Source: a virus. From it: a stretch of DNA of 64,000 nt. The notes beneath the pieces were generated by a model. That model saw only the letters and a program-made list of their open reading frames with translations. It did no database searches and was not told the DNA's origin. Positions within the stretch are counted from its first letter, which is position 1. Every line of letters starts with the position of its first letter. This document shows, piece after piece, positions 26,518 to 41,500 of this stretch. The DNA lies in IMG/VR virus record IMGVR_UViG_3300032331_000813, positions 1-64,000 of that record; one strand, written 5' to 3'. The position numbers and the translations under genes are program-made.

Positions 26518-29500
26518 ATGGCAACAAGAATTAGAACATTAAATTTTCTTCCAGAAATATTTAAAACACCAACCAATAATCAATTTTTATCAGCAACATT
26601 AGATCAATTAGTTGCTCAACCCAATACGGAAAAGATAGAAGGTTATGTTGGTAGTAAATTTGGATATGGTGTAAATCCAAACGATAATTATGTAACTGAA
26701 CCAACAAAAATTAGAACAGATTATCAATTAGATCCGGGTGTAGTTTTCTTAAAAGAAAATGATACTACTGCAAAAGATTTTATTAGCTATCCGGGCATCA
26801 TTGATGCATTAAAATTAAAAGGTGGTATAACTGAAGATAACAGTAGACTTTTTAATAATCAATTTTATTCATGGGATTCTTTTACTGATTTAGATAAAAT
26901 CATTAACTTTAGTCAGTACTATTGGGTACCTAATGGACCAGAAAGAGTTGTAGTACAATCAAGTGCAATTTATAGTTCGGTACAGTATAATGTACAATCA
27001 GAGACTGCATATTATGTAATTTCATCTAATGAAACTTCACCTGAAATTAATCCGACACTTACACTGTTAAGGGGCGGTACTTACACATTTAAAGTAAATC
27101 AAGATTCTAATTTTTGGATACAAGGCGTTCCTGGATTGACTGGATATAGTCCTGTACAAAGAAATTTACAAACACGTAACGTTTATGGTGTTGAGAATAA
27201 TGGAATAAAAGATGGTACTGTTACCTTTACTGTACCACCCAAAGATGCATTAAGTGAATATTATTTTGTAAACTCTACTACAGTTGATGTAGTGTCTACT
27301 TTACCATTTGCTCAAGTTAATGGTGCAACTGTAGATTCTATTGGTGGTATTGATGGTGTTACTGAATTAGACGGATTGACCGTAATGTTCTACAACACTG
27401 GAGTAGAAAATGAGATAGCTTATACTAATCAATTTTTTGATCAAACACAGTTTGATGAAGAAGGCGGTGTACCTTATACTAATTCTTCTCAAAGAATAAC
27501 AAAAACTATTACTGATAGTAATAGTTTAACCAATGAATTTACTTATATAAACGATACTGGAATTAGTGACTTTCAAGCGAATGATGCTATAACTTTTGTA
27601 GGAACATTAATTGGCGGGGTTGTTAAAAACAAAACATATTATGTAAAAGAAATTACATCTTCAAACACGTTTACTATATCATCAACAGTTAATGGAAATG
27701 TTGTTGAATTGACAGATGCTACCGGTGGTAGTATGACTGTAAGAATACAAACTAGTTATCCTGGCACTGATATTTTTGATAATAACTTTGAAGGTGGATT
27801 CTATAATCAAGTAAGTAGAAATTTTTATTCAGTTACGTTATTAGGTGATGTAGATAATCCAGTAATTCAATTAACTCGCTTATCTTCTATCCCTGCTAAA
27901 ACTACTATCACTGCTGAGTTTGGAGCACAATGGGCTTCAATTAATTTCTTTCAAAATTCATTAGGTGAAATTCAACTTCAACCATATAACAGTGCTATAC
28001 TAGATACATTGTATTATCAAGATGCGACTACTTTATCTAAGGTAGGTCAACTTAGAATAATTGACGATAACTATACTAATTATATTGACGTTGATTTTGA
28101 TATTTTGGGAAAGAAAAACTATACGGCACCAAATGGTGTAGTATTTACCAATGGATTAAAAATTATATTCCAAGGTAATATCTATCCATCTAAGTATGAA
28201 AACGTAGAATATTATGTAGAAGGCGTGGGCAGTGCAATTGAATTGATTCCGGTTGCTACTTTAATATCTCCGGGATTGTTTACCTCAGGTGAGTATACTC
28301 CTTACGACTCTACCCCTTATGATTTGGGTAACTATGATTCTAATTTATATGTTCCTATCAATCCAGATTATCTTACTATTGCTAGAAATTCTATCAATAG
28401 AAATGCATGGTCAAGAAGTAATCGTTGGTTTCACATTGACGTAATTAATGCAACGGCTGCATATAATAACACACCTTCTTTAATAACAGAATACACAAAT
28501 TTAGAAAATAAAGCAAAACGACCAATTATTGAATTTTATCCTAACATAAAATTATTTGATTCTGGTGCAGTAGGTAAAGATCCTATAGATTTTATTGATA
28601 CTAGGACTACAGATGCATTTACATATGTAGCTGGTCAATCCTCATATTTTCCAGATGTTGCCGGTTATACAGGTTATAATGCTACGATTGCACCAGTTAC
28701 CTTAGCAGACACCTCAGTGATAGCAACAAACGTATATGGATATACTGATACTATAGCTGTAAGTAGTGTTACAGGTTTATATGTCAATGACACCATAAGA
28801 TTCACTGTTCCTATAATTAATGCTGTCTCACTTGTTGTTGGAAAAACATATGTTATAAACACACTTGGTTCTACTAATTTTACACTAGTTGGAGCATTAT
28901 CAAATACAGTAGGAACATCTTTTGTTGCTACTGGAGTAGGAACTGGCACCGGTACTGCAACTACGTTTGGAGGACTTACACCAAACACTACTTACTATAT
29001 AACTAGTATAGAAACAAATGTTCAAGTAAGTTCTAATGTGTTTAAAGATTTGATTACTGTCTCTTTAACTAGACAGGGTGTAAATGTAAATCTATCAAAC
29101 TCAGATACATTGAGTATTGCCACATCAATATATCATTACAGTACTTCTATTACAGTTCCTACTAGTAGTATATCTGGGCTATTTGAAAAGAATCAATACG
29201 TATCAGACTCGACCAATTATCTACCTAGTGTAACATTAATAAGTAATGTAACAACGGTCAATGATAACACTATAATAACTGTTACTTGGACAGTTCAAGC
29301 AGTTATTCCTGCAACTTCAATTGCTTCAATTGTCTCTGCTGATACTCCATTAGATAATTATGGATTATTTGATGGTGCTAGAATTGTGTTTGCAGCAGAG
29401 ACTACTGATTCAGTTAGGAATAAAATATATATTTCTAGATTTGCTTCAATAACTCCAAATGGAACTCCTTTAATTACTTTGGTTGAAGCAGAAGATGGAC

Positions 29501-32500
29501 TAGTATTACCAAACGAACAAACTGCGGTATATAGAGGTTATAACTACACCGGTAAAGATTTTTATTATACTGGTATTGAATGGGTAGAAGGTCAGCAAAA
29601 AATAACAACTAATCAAGCACCCAAGTTTGACCTGTTTGATAAAAATGGAGTAAGTTTGGGAGACCCTGATGTATACAATGGAACATCATTTACAGGTTGT
29701 ACATTGTTTGCGTATAGCATAGGTACAGGAAATGATGATTCTGTGTTAGGTTTCCCGTTAAGCTATAGTTCTGTTGCAAATTTAGGTGATATTAATTTTG
29801 ATGTAACTTTAAATTCAAACACATTTAACTATGTATATGGAACAACTGCGGTTACTGAAAAAGTAAACATTGGGTATGTTTATAACTATACCACAACTGA
29901 AAATTTTGTAAGACAAATAGGATGGCAGACTGCGGTATCTCCTAGTGTTCAATATCAAATTTTTGACATTGCTTGGACATACTTAAGTCCAAACATTGAA
30001 TTTACATGCGACATTGCACCAATCGCTTCTAACAAAACTAATTGGCCTACTGTTCAAGTATACATTAATAATACATATTTAGAACCTTCAAAGTATACAG
30101 TAACTACAACCGCAACTACTACAACAGTAACTATACCTGATATTAATTATACTTTATCTACTGAATTTACTGTACAAATTTTAATACTAAGTGACCAAGT
30201 AAGTCAAACTGCTTACTATCAGACACCTGACAACTTAAACAATAATCCATTCAATGATGAGATTACCAAAGTCAATGTAGGGGACATACGCGGTCAATAT
30301 CAAAGTATTTTCTATAACAATCCGTTTACTACTGGTCAAATATTTGGTTCAAACAACTATCGTGATTTGGGTAATTTAGTTCCATGGGGTAATAGAATTA
30401 TTCAAAATAGTGCTTCATTAGTGTTGCCAGCAACATTCTTACGTAATCAAAGCCATGATTTATTCAATGCATTATTATACAATAGCAGACAGTATATTAC
30501 TTTTAAAACATTATTAGTTGATACAGTAGACAAATCAAACTATACAATTGATTGGACTCCGGCAGCAATGTTAGATGACACATTGCAACAAATGAATTTA
30601 TCACATTCAAATGAACAACCGTTCTTTTGGAGTGATATGGTTCCGTCGAAATCTCCTCTAGTAGCAAACTCATACTATTTTGCAAATCCTTTAGATACAA
30701 GCCGTTATCCATTGACTAGAATTTATGATTTTTCTGTAGCAAATTATTATAGCGTGTTGGTATATTTGATTCGTGACGAGGAAGAAACTCAGTTAATTAA
30801 AAACGTTGATTATACGATAAGCACAGATAGCCCTTCATTGGTTGTTACATTAGATTTATTGGCTAATGACACAATCATAATCAAAGAATACAATCAAACA
30901 TATGGAAGCTATGTTCCTAATACTCCAACTAAGTTGGGACTATATCCAGCAACAATTCCTAGCGTAACATTAGATACTGCGTATACACAACCAACATATT
31001 TTATTGTTGGACATGATGGCTCATATAATAGACTATACGGAGATTATAATGCTGAAACAAATACTTTAGTAGATTTTAGAGACCAAGTATTACTTGAGTA
31101 TGAAACTCGTGTATATAACAATTTGAAGTTAAGCGAAACTGTACCTGCAGGTTCTTACTCAGGAGTTTTATTACCTGGATTTTTTAGAGACACGGATTAT
31201 ACCTATGATGAGTTCATGCAAATATACAGTGAATCATTTTTAGATTGGGTAGGTCAAAATAGAGTAGATTATAAAATACAGTATTACAATAAATCAAATC
31301 AGTATACTTACAACTATCGTGATAGTGGTAATAAATTAAATAGTATACCTATACAACAAGGTTATTTCAGGGGAATATATTTATATTTTTATGATACCAC
31401 AACACCAAATGCTACGCCGTGGGAAATGTTAGGTTTTGTAAATATGCCAACTTGGTGGGAAACTAGATATGGTCCCGCACCATACACAAGTGATAACTTG
31501 GTGTTATGGGGAGATTTAGAAAAAGGTTATGTATGGAACGACGGTAATCCTTACATAAAACCACAATATGCACGTGCCGGGTTAACAGATGTAATACCGG
31601 TCGATAGTAACGGTGCATTAATAACACCAATGATTTCAGTTTTAGGAAATTATAATGAATATACATTCCAACGTGATTGGAAAGTAGGCGACGTTGGCCC
31701 GGCAGAATTTAGTTATCGTAGAAGTAGTAGTTGGCCATTTGATTTGATGCGTATTCTAGCATTAACAAAACCAGCAGATTTCTTTAATTTGGGAGTTGAT
31801 GTTGACAATTACAAATACAATGCTGAATTTAATCAATACTTAGTTAATGACAGAAGTCATTTGGTAATTAGTGATGTACCTATTTATGGGTTAGGTACTC
31901 CTGCAACTAGCTATATCAATTGGATAGTTGATTATGAGAAACAAGTTGGAGTTGACGCCACTACTAATATAAGCACATTGTTAGATAATTTAGATGTTCG
32001 TTTAGTATATCGTTTAGCAGGATTTAGTGATAAAAACCTTCTTCAATTCTATGTAGAAAAGAGTTCTGCCAACAGTAATAATAGTTCATTACTAATTCCT
32101 GACGAAAGCTATCAAGTATTATTATACGAAAATCAACCATTTGATAGAATCGTATACTCTGGGGTCGTAGTACAAATAACTGAAAATGGTTATAAAGTTT
32201 ATGGTAATAGTCAGACTAATGCATATTTCAAAACAGTAGTTCCTAAAGCTACTAATATCACAGACAAAATTACAGTAGAAAATTTGTCGGTAGATGTAAT
32301 TACTGATTTTTATAATATCACGGCAACTATTCCATATGGTATTGAATTTTATAACGTGCAACAAGTATCACAGTTTTTAATTAGTTATGGACAACATTTA
32401 ACTAATCAAGGTATGGTATTTGAAAATGTAGAAAATGGAGTACCTGTTACTTGGAGACAGATGGTAGCTGAATTCTTATATTGGGCACAAATGGGTTGGG

Positions 32501-35500
32501 CTCCGGGTAGTATTACTACAATAAATCCGGCAGCATCAACATTGGTCATCAACAAAGAAAGTTCTATTGTTCAACCATTAACATTGCGTCAATTTAATTT
32601 TGTATTAAATCAAAATCTATATCCTATTCAAGGTAGCGATATGGCAGTGGTTCGTGAAGATACTGCGTTTTCAGTTACTCCGTTGAATGTTGGTGATGCT
32701 ATTAGCTATGGACAATTCAATATTAGTAACATTGAACATGGAATTGTATTTGACAATGTAACATTGTTTAATGATATAATTTACAATCTTTCAACTGGTT
32801 TAAGACAAAATCGCATTTTTGTTCGTGGAAGAAAAACTGCTGAATGGAACGGCAATGTAGACGCATTTGGTTTTATTTTAAATCAAGATAATATCACTGA
32901 ATGGACTAAAGAAGTAAAATATACTCAAGGCTCTATTGTAAAATATAAAAACAAATATTGGACAGCTATAACAATTGTACAAGCAAAAGAAATATTTGAC
33001 GAACGTGAATGGGTTGTAACAGATTATGACAAAATTCAAAAAGGATTATTGCCTAACAGCCAAACACGTTCATACGAAAGCACATTGTATTATGATACAA
33101 ACAATGCTAATTTAGAAAATGATGCTGACTTACTTAGTTTTAGCTTGATTGGGTATCGTCCAAGAGATTACATGGCTTTAGCTGACTTAACTGATGTGAC
33201 GCAAGTTAATGTTTACAAAAACATGATTAAAGAAAAAGGCACACTAAATGCAGCAAGTGCGTTTAAAGGTGCAACTTTGCCGCAAGGTGGAATTAAATAT
33301 GATATTTACGATAATTGGGCTATATTATCAGGGTCATACGGTGGCATATTAAACAATAATTTTGTTGAGTTCAGATTGAAACAATCAGAACTAACTGGTA
33401 ATCCTTCTATAGTAGGATTAACTAATGGCATATCAATTAACGGGGTTCAACAAGAAGTACCTATATACAGTTTGTTTAATTATGGTAGACCATTAGACTC
33501 AGTTAACATATTACCTACTATACCTAATACTCAACCATCAACGTTATATCCTACCTCAGGGTATGTAAATTATAATGACGTTACAATGGCTAGTTATTTC
33601 TATTCAGGGTTAAGTGCAGCACAAAACTATACTGGAAAAACTATACCTATTAATCAATTCTATGTAAGAGATTATGCTTGGTTAGCAAATTACCTAGCAA
33701 CTTGGCAAGTATATACCCCTGCTAGCTTAGGTACAGTAATAAATGTAGACAATAACTTAAATGGTACTGTGACGGTAACATTTTCTCAAGCGCATAATTT
33801 AAAATTATATGATCCATTTGCTATAGTTAACTTTGCAGTTGATATTGACAACTATTATATAGTAGCAGCCGTCCCAAATCCGCAGACAGTAATAATTAAT
33901 CTATCACTAAATCCTTCTATCAGAAACATAACTGGTCAAGGTATAGGAATGAGAATGCAAAGTCAACGTGTAGCTACTGCACCTGAAATTGATAATCTAC
34001 CACTATTAGATAATGAATTCAACAAACTTAAAGTTTGGGTAGATACTAACAATGACGGAAGTTGGGCTGTATATCGCAAGAGTTTGAATTATCAATATGA
34101 CAATGAAATTATCAAAGCAGCTTCACAAAATTTTGGTAGTGCAGTTGCATACACTGAAAATTTAGGGTATTTGATAGGTGATAGTGCGTTGGGTACTGTT
34201 TATAGATATCTGTATAACGTTGAAGAAAATGTTTATACTTTATCACAAGCTATCAGTCAAGGTGGTTCATTTGGATCATGCATAACATATGTTGATGATT
34301 TGTTTGCAATATCACAACCAACACACCCGTCAGAAGTACCTGCATTATACATATATCAATTAACAACTAATGATATAATTAATACGATAGCATTATATCA
34401 AACTATTACTGCTCCAAATGGGGTAACTAATTGGGGTAGGTCTACTGCAATGTCAGGTGATCAAAATTGGTTATACATTTCAGATACTGATAATGCTAAA
34501 GTTTATGTGTATCGTAGGTCTTCAACTACTCAACTATATGTTCAAGTTAAAACTTCAAACGGATTACCATTGACATTAAGCGTAGCTGAATTAACATCAG
34601 CAGATTTGTTTGGCTATTCAATTGCAACTGATTATTATGGCGATACAGTAGTAATTGGAGCACCGTTTAAGGATTATACTAATGATGGTACTACGAACAA
34701 CTATGGATATTCTTACGTCTTTAGTAGAACTGTACAAAATTTTATAGCACAACAAACCGGTCAACCTTACAAAGAATTGACTTTTCAATTAGGATTTACT
34801 CCTGAAACTGTTGTGCAAATTGCTACTTCAACTGATGCTGCAACTGATAGAATTACAGTAGCTGATACCAGTGCATTTAATGTAAATGATCCGGTAGTAT
34901 TTTCTGGCACCATATTATCTAGTGGTGCACTATCCGCTAACACTGTTTATTATATAAAAACTATACCAACATCAACTGCGTTTACTGTTTCAAGAAAAAT
35001 AGGAGGGAGTACTTTCCAATTAATAGATGATACTGGAATACCAGGTATGACCGTGACTGTTCAAACTACTCCATTGTATGTAACAATAAATGGTGAGTTG
35101 TTGTCTGATAAAAACTATGCGGTTACTGGTTCAGTGTTAAACATTTATACTGATTCTACTATTTTAGTAAATGCAGGCGACTTGATTAATGTGAGTGCCC
35201 CTTCTTTTGTATTAGCACAAACTTTAACTGATGAAAATCCACCTAGGGTAGGAGTTGAGTTTGGTTCAAGTATTGATGTTAATGCATTTGCCAATGAGAT
35301 ATTAATTGGCGCACCATATGAGTTAAGCAGTAAAAATAATGAAGGTGCGGTACATCGTTATACAAACGGTGGTGAAAAATACGGTATAGTTATTGGTTCA
35401 TCTAAGTGTGCTATAACCTCAGAACAAACTATTTTTATCAATGGGTTTGCAGTTATTTTACAAGCAGGAAATGCTTCTTCAGCAGCTACTAGTATTAATT

Positions 35501-38500
35501 TAGTTAACATACCAAACGTATATGCTTCAGCATCTGATACCACTGATAATGGTATATTATCTATATCATTAGTAGACGTTGAGATTGGTGTAATGGGTAA
35601 TAAACTATCACTAACTGCTTTATTGTCTACTACCTTTGCTGAAATGGGAATGACTATTTATAAAAAGACACAAACAATTGTCTGCCCACATTCTGCTACA
35701 AGAACTCAATTTGGAGCAGTTGTTAAATTTAACAAGTCTACATATGGATCATTCGTTGCTAGCGCCCCAGCAGGAGCACGAGTTGCTGCAACTACTTTTG
35801 ATTTTACAGATGATGAATTAGACAACGATACGGTATTTGATAATAATGCCACTCAGTGGATAGATAGTTTTGTCAACGCCGGTGCAGTGTATATGTTTGA
35901 CTTCTTATCTGCATATAACGAAAATATTGATAATCCGGGTAAATTTGTGTACGCACAAAGTACAAACGCTAGAGATATTGAGTACGGAGCACAACCATAT
36001 TATGGAACTGCATTAGATTTCAACAACAACCGAGTTACAATTGGAACTCCTAACTTTATATCGCCTACACTGACTTATCAAGGGCAAGTTGTAACTTATA
36101 TAAGTTCTAGTACTGAACCTGATTGGGCTGTGTATAGGGAATCAGCACCAGTAGTAGATGTTAATGGAATATTTAACATTCAGATGTATAGTGCAATGAC
36201 TAACGATACATTAGAAAATCTAGATTATATTGATCCTCTTCAAGGAAAACTATTAGGTGTAGTAGCACAAAACATTGATGTTGTTTCTAATCAAGATCCT
36301 GCTAGCTATAACTCTCCTGGTATAGCACAACAAGGTATAGTATGGGGACAAGATAAAGTAGGTCATATTTGGTTCAATACTTCTAATACAAGATTTATGA
36401 ATTATCATCAAAATGATGTTAATTATAATAGTCAATGGTGGGGTAGAGTATTTCCGGGCAGTGATGTAGCAGTATATTCTTGGATAGAAAGTAATGTTCC
36501 ACCTGAACTATATTCTGGTCCTGGAACGCCATTTGATACATTTAACTATGCTGTTAGAGGGGTGATCAATGCAGAAGGGCTAATTACTCCTGTATATTAT
36601 TTCTGGGCTAGAAATACAAATATTGTTTTTGAAAGATTAGGAAAAACATTAGCAGATTCTACATTAGAGTTATACATTACTAGCCCGCAAAATACTGGTA
36701 TATCATATTTTGCACCACTGCTACCTAGTGTGTTTGGTTTATATAATGGATTTGAATTTATCAATGCAAATGACACGGTACTTCATATTGGATATTCTAC
36801 TGGAACTAATAGTGACGTATCACATAATCAATATAGTTTGATTCGTGCAAATTATGCAAATGACTTCTTACCGGGAGTACCTGGATCCGGCGCAGCTTAT
36901 CAAAATCACTTAGCAGTTGGTATCACAGAACCGATTGATTTATACAATCGAATGTTAGATAGTATGTGTGGGGTTGACAATGCAGGAGGTGTTGTTCCCG
37001 ACCCACAATTACCAAAAGCAGTTCAAACTGGCGTACTTGCTAGACCAAGACAGGGTTTCTTTTATAGCAGATTTGGAGCACTAAAGAATTATTTACAGTA
37101 TGCAAATACTGTATTATCACAGTTCCCAATTACAGAAATGAGACCTAACATTCCTTTCTTGAATACTACTGGTGAGTTTTATGACACTAGTGCTTATTGG
37201 ACATTAATCAATTGGTGGGCTCCTGAATACAACGATAATACTAAATCATTAATTCAAGTCCCTGTGTATGCAGATTTGGCTGCATTGACAGTTGCCGTTG
37301 GAACTATAGTTACTGTTTTACAAAACGGTGTTGGTAGTGCAGAGACATACATTTATAGTAGTGATGGTGCTTGGATTAGAATAGGATTAGAAAACGGAAC
37401 CATAGAATTTAAGAGTGTTCTTTGGGATTACCCTAGTGCTAGATTAGGTTTTGGTGATAATTTCTTTGACACTACTTTATATGATGTTTATCCTTCTGCG
37501 GAAACAAGATATATTGTCCGTGCCTTAAATGAAGAAATTTATACTAATGAATTATTAATCTTTAGAAATAAGAGTCTAATACTATTGTTTGAATACATTC
37601 AAAGCGAAACTATTGAAAGTCAAAACTATTTGTCATGGTTAAATAAAACTTCATTTGCAGATGTATCACATACAATTCGTGAATTATTACCAATTGAAGT
37701 ATTTCAATCTGACAATGAATTATTCTTAGAAGGTTACTTAAATGAAGTTAAACCTTATCACGTAGTTATTAAAGAATTTATTTTCAAATATACTAGAGAA
37801 GAAATATATCAAGGTGATGTTACTGACTTTGACGTACCTGCACAATTTACCTCAGGTGTAAATGAATTTATAACTCCTGAGTTAGTTTATACTACTCCTA
37901 CAGAAATTAATCAATTTAATTATCTTGACCCAATCTGGGCAACAGCACCTTATAATCAATGGTATAATAATTATGGTGTAAGTTTGAATGGTGAAAAAGG
38001 ATATTACATTGCTACATTAGCATCTTATATTTCATTGAATGCAACATCTTGCTATGTAGATAATATTAACGGTTTTCCGGTTACTGGTAGTATACTAATC
38101 GGAACTGAAGAAATTGGATACTCATATAGAGATTTGGCAACTAATCAATTAAGTGGATTGTCTCGTGGACAAAATAGTACAACTATTGCTATTCATTTCC
38201 CAGAAACAAATATATACATGAATCTTCCTGGAGTATTAGTTACTGATACTGGTAGAAATTATTTAAATCCTCCAAGAATTACTGCTTACATAGACTTAAC
38301 CAAATATCCTGCTCCTAAGATAACAGCAATATTAGAACCAATATTAGCTTTAGGAAAAGTTATTGGAGTGACCGTCGTAGACCCTGGTTTGGGTTATGCT
38401 GTATTACCTCAAATAATTATTGATCCTGCAATTGTAATAACGATTGATAGTTCTCAAGTAAGTATAGTAGACAATACAATTGACATTGGTAGTACTGAAT

Positions 38501-41500
38501 TACAAACTGGAGATTTAGTAGTATATACTGTTGGCCCTAACTCAACCCCTATAGGTGGATTGAAAGAAGGTCAAAGATATTATGTAAATCTTCTAGAAAC
38601 TATACCTGCACCAATCATTGCACTTTATACTGAATATCTATCTGCGATTGAAGATCACGATAGAGTTATATTAGATAGTACTGGCACAGGGACTCAAAAG
38701 TTCAGCATGGGTGCTGCTGCAAATGCAATAACAAATGCAACACCAATAAGAGAAAATATAATATCATTAAGATTTGATAGAACAACTTATAATTCTCAAG
38801 TAGTAGAGTGGTCACCATTTGGATATTATGGTTCTTTCTATGCTGGAACATTGCGTAATCCCGACAAAGTAGCATCATCTGCAATTACTTTATACAGTAA
38901 CACTCCGCCTATTGAAACTATATTAGCAAGTGCTCAGGGAGCAACATTTGAAATTTTAGATACTACTAATCAGCAAACACTTGAGTGGTCATCAAGAACA
39001 AGAAATACAATGCAGACGTATGGTAGTCTTTACCCTACTGAAGCATATAGAAATGCAATTCGTATCGACCCGTCAGACGGTGGTGTAGCAGTAGAAGGTT
39101 TTATTGGATCAACAATTGGTTTCTATATAGGAATGCCAGTTAAGTTCAACGGGTCAACTATTGGTACATTGTTAGAAGATGATGTAACTTACTATGTTAA
39201 GTCATTAGTTAAGTTACCAAATACAGGAACATCAACTAGTGCAACCAGAACCAATGCTTCAAATAATACTATTACAGTAGCTAGTTCTGTTAATTTTAAA
39301 TTGCAAGATACTGTTGTGTTTACTAGTGCTACGCAGATTATATCTTCCGGATATTTTGTTATAGGTCAAACGTATGAAATAACAACAGTAGGAACAACTA
39401 ACTTCACCTTAATAGGTGCTGCTTCAAACGATGTTGGTACTGTGTTCATTGCAACTGGAGTCGGCACAGGTACTGGAACTGCGGAACAGAGAAGTTTGGG
39501 CAATGTTATATATCTTGAAACATATTATATCTTGAGTAAACCGTCTGCAACTACAGTTACACTCTCACAAACATTAGGTGGTAGTGTATTCAAGTTATCT
39601 AATGCCACTGGTGTAATGACAATGATCAGACCTGATACTGATGTATTAGAAGATACTGGTTTTACGATTTCTGATACAGTTGACGAGAATGGTAATCCAG
39701 GCGCAGTTTATTCTCCTAACATTGGCATTGGTTCAGTAACTATTGCACCTGCAGGATTAAAATTACTAACAGGCAATCAAACTAATCTTGAGATAATAAC
39801 AATTAATTATTCTGGATTAAGAAATACTGTAGCTACTACAGGTACTACAAACACAGTAACTGTATTGTTGACTGCTACAGGCGAAAATGGTACTACTGGA
39901 TTCTATACTGGACTTCCTATATTCTTTGTAGGTAATACGTTTGGTGGAATTGTTGAAAACATTAGTTATTATGTAACTACTGTTATTGATGCACAGACAT
40001 TCACAATGTCTCCTACATCAGATGCACCTTTTGCTATTAGTTTCACTGAAACCACATCAACAGATAATTTAGTTGTTTGTGGAACAAGTAGTACTGAAAA
40101 TATTACTTTAAACTTGTCAGTCAATGAACCTATCATATTTACTGACTTCGTATTAAAAGCAGGTTACTTTACAATAGGACAAGTATATTCTATAGTTTCT
40201 GTAGCAGATAATAACGGCGGTGCTACTACTGATTTTACTTTGATTGGTTCAAGTTCTAACGCTATTGGTACTATATTTACTGCTACTGGTGTAGGCACTG
40301 GAACCGGTACTGCTACCCCAACAAGTCCTTCTACTACGTTTGGTGGAATAGTTTTTGGTAAGACATACTATGTAAGACAAAAGTTTGCAGACGTTGACCC
40401 AATTGATTTAGTTACAACTACATACTCTATTTCTATAGCTGAAAGCGTAAATGGAGATGCAGTAACATTAACTAATACGGTTGGTTCATGTTTGTTTACA
40501 AGTCAAAAAGATACACTACCATTAACAACAGCGACAGGTTCTATGACTATGAATGTTGCATTACCAGTAAGTCCTGGACAAGTTGATGGACAACAGTTTA
40601 CTTTATACAACACTTCTAGTCAGTTAGCGGGCAAACAAGGAACAGTATCTAATCTATTGAATAGAGAAATAACTTCTACTTTAGATACAGTTAATAGAAT
40701 TTGTTTATCTTCATTTAGCGGTGGATTAACTGACATATACAATAATTTACAATTTAAAGTTTCTACACCAATTGGTGGATTGACTAATGCTACCGTTTAT
40801 GCTGGTAGTTTCATTGTTGGAAATGTTTATACAATAACTTACATTGGTGATACAACTCAATCTAATTGGAATACTATTGCAGGTACTACTGGTGTAGTAT
40901 ACACTATAAACAGTGTGTTTACTTGTGCAGCAACTGGAACTTATATTGGATCACAAACTGGATCTGCTGTAAGAGTTTATAAAATAACAGGAACTGGAAC
41001 TACCTCAGTCAAAGTTATTGAAACTCAATCTTCTGGAAATTGGTTAAGGTTAAACGATGACGATAATCCAAATACTACTGATGTTTTATATGTGGGTATG
41101 CCTTTATATTTCAGCGGTACTTCAGTTGGTTCTGTATCATTAGGTGTAGTGTATTATGTGTTTAGTATAGATTCAAGTCCACCGTCAGGTACAGGTAGAT
41201 TCTCAATATCAGAAGTATCTGATTTGTCTAGCCAATTTACAGTAACTGACGATGTTGGAGTAATGACCGGATCAGGAGATCCTTATGTAACAATAACTTC
41301 TCCTGCGTCATTACTAGATTCTAATCAAATAGCAACTTTCTCAAGTGCTCCTAGCACTGCAACAGTAACAGTAACTAACGGCTCATCATTTACAAATGGT
41401 ATGGCAATAAGATTCAATACTACTGACACGTTACCTACTCCGTTGAAAATAAATGTAACTTACTATATTAAGAATCTTAGTGGAAATACATTTAATATAG

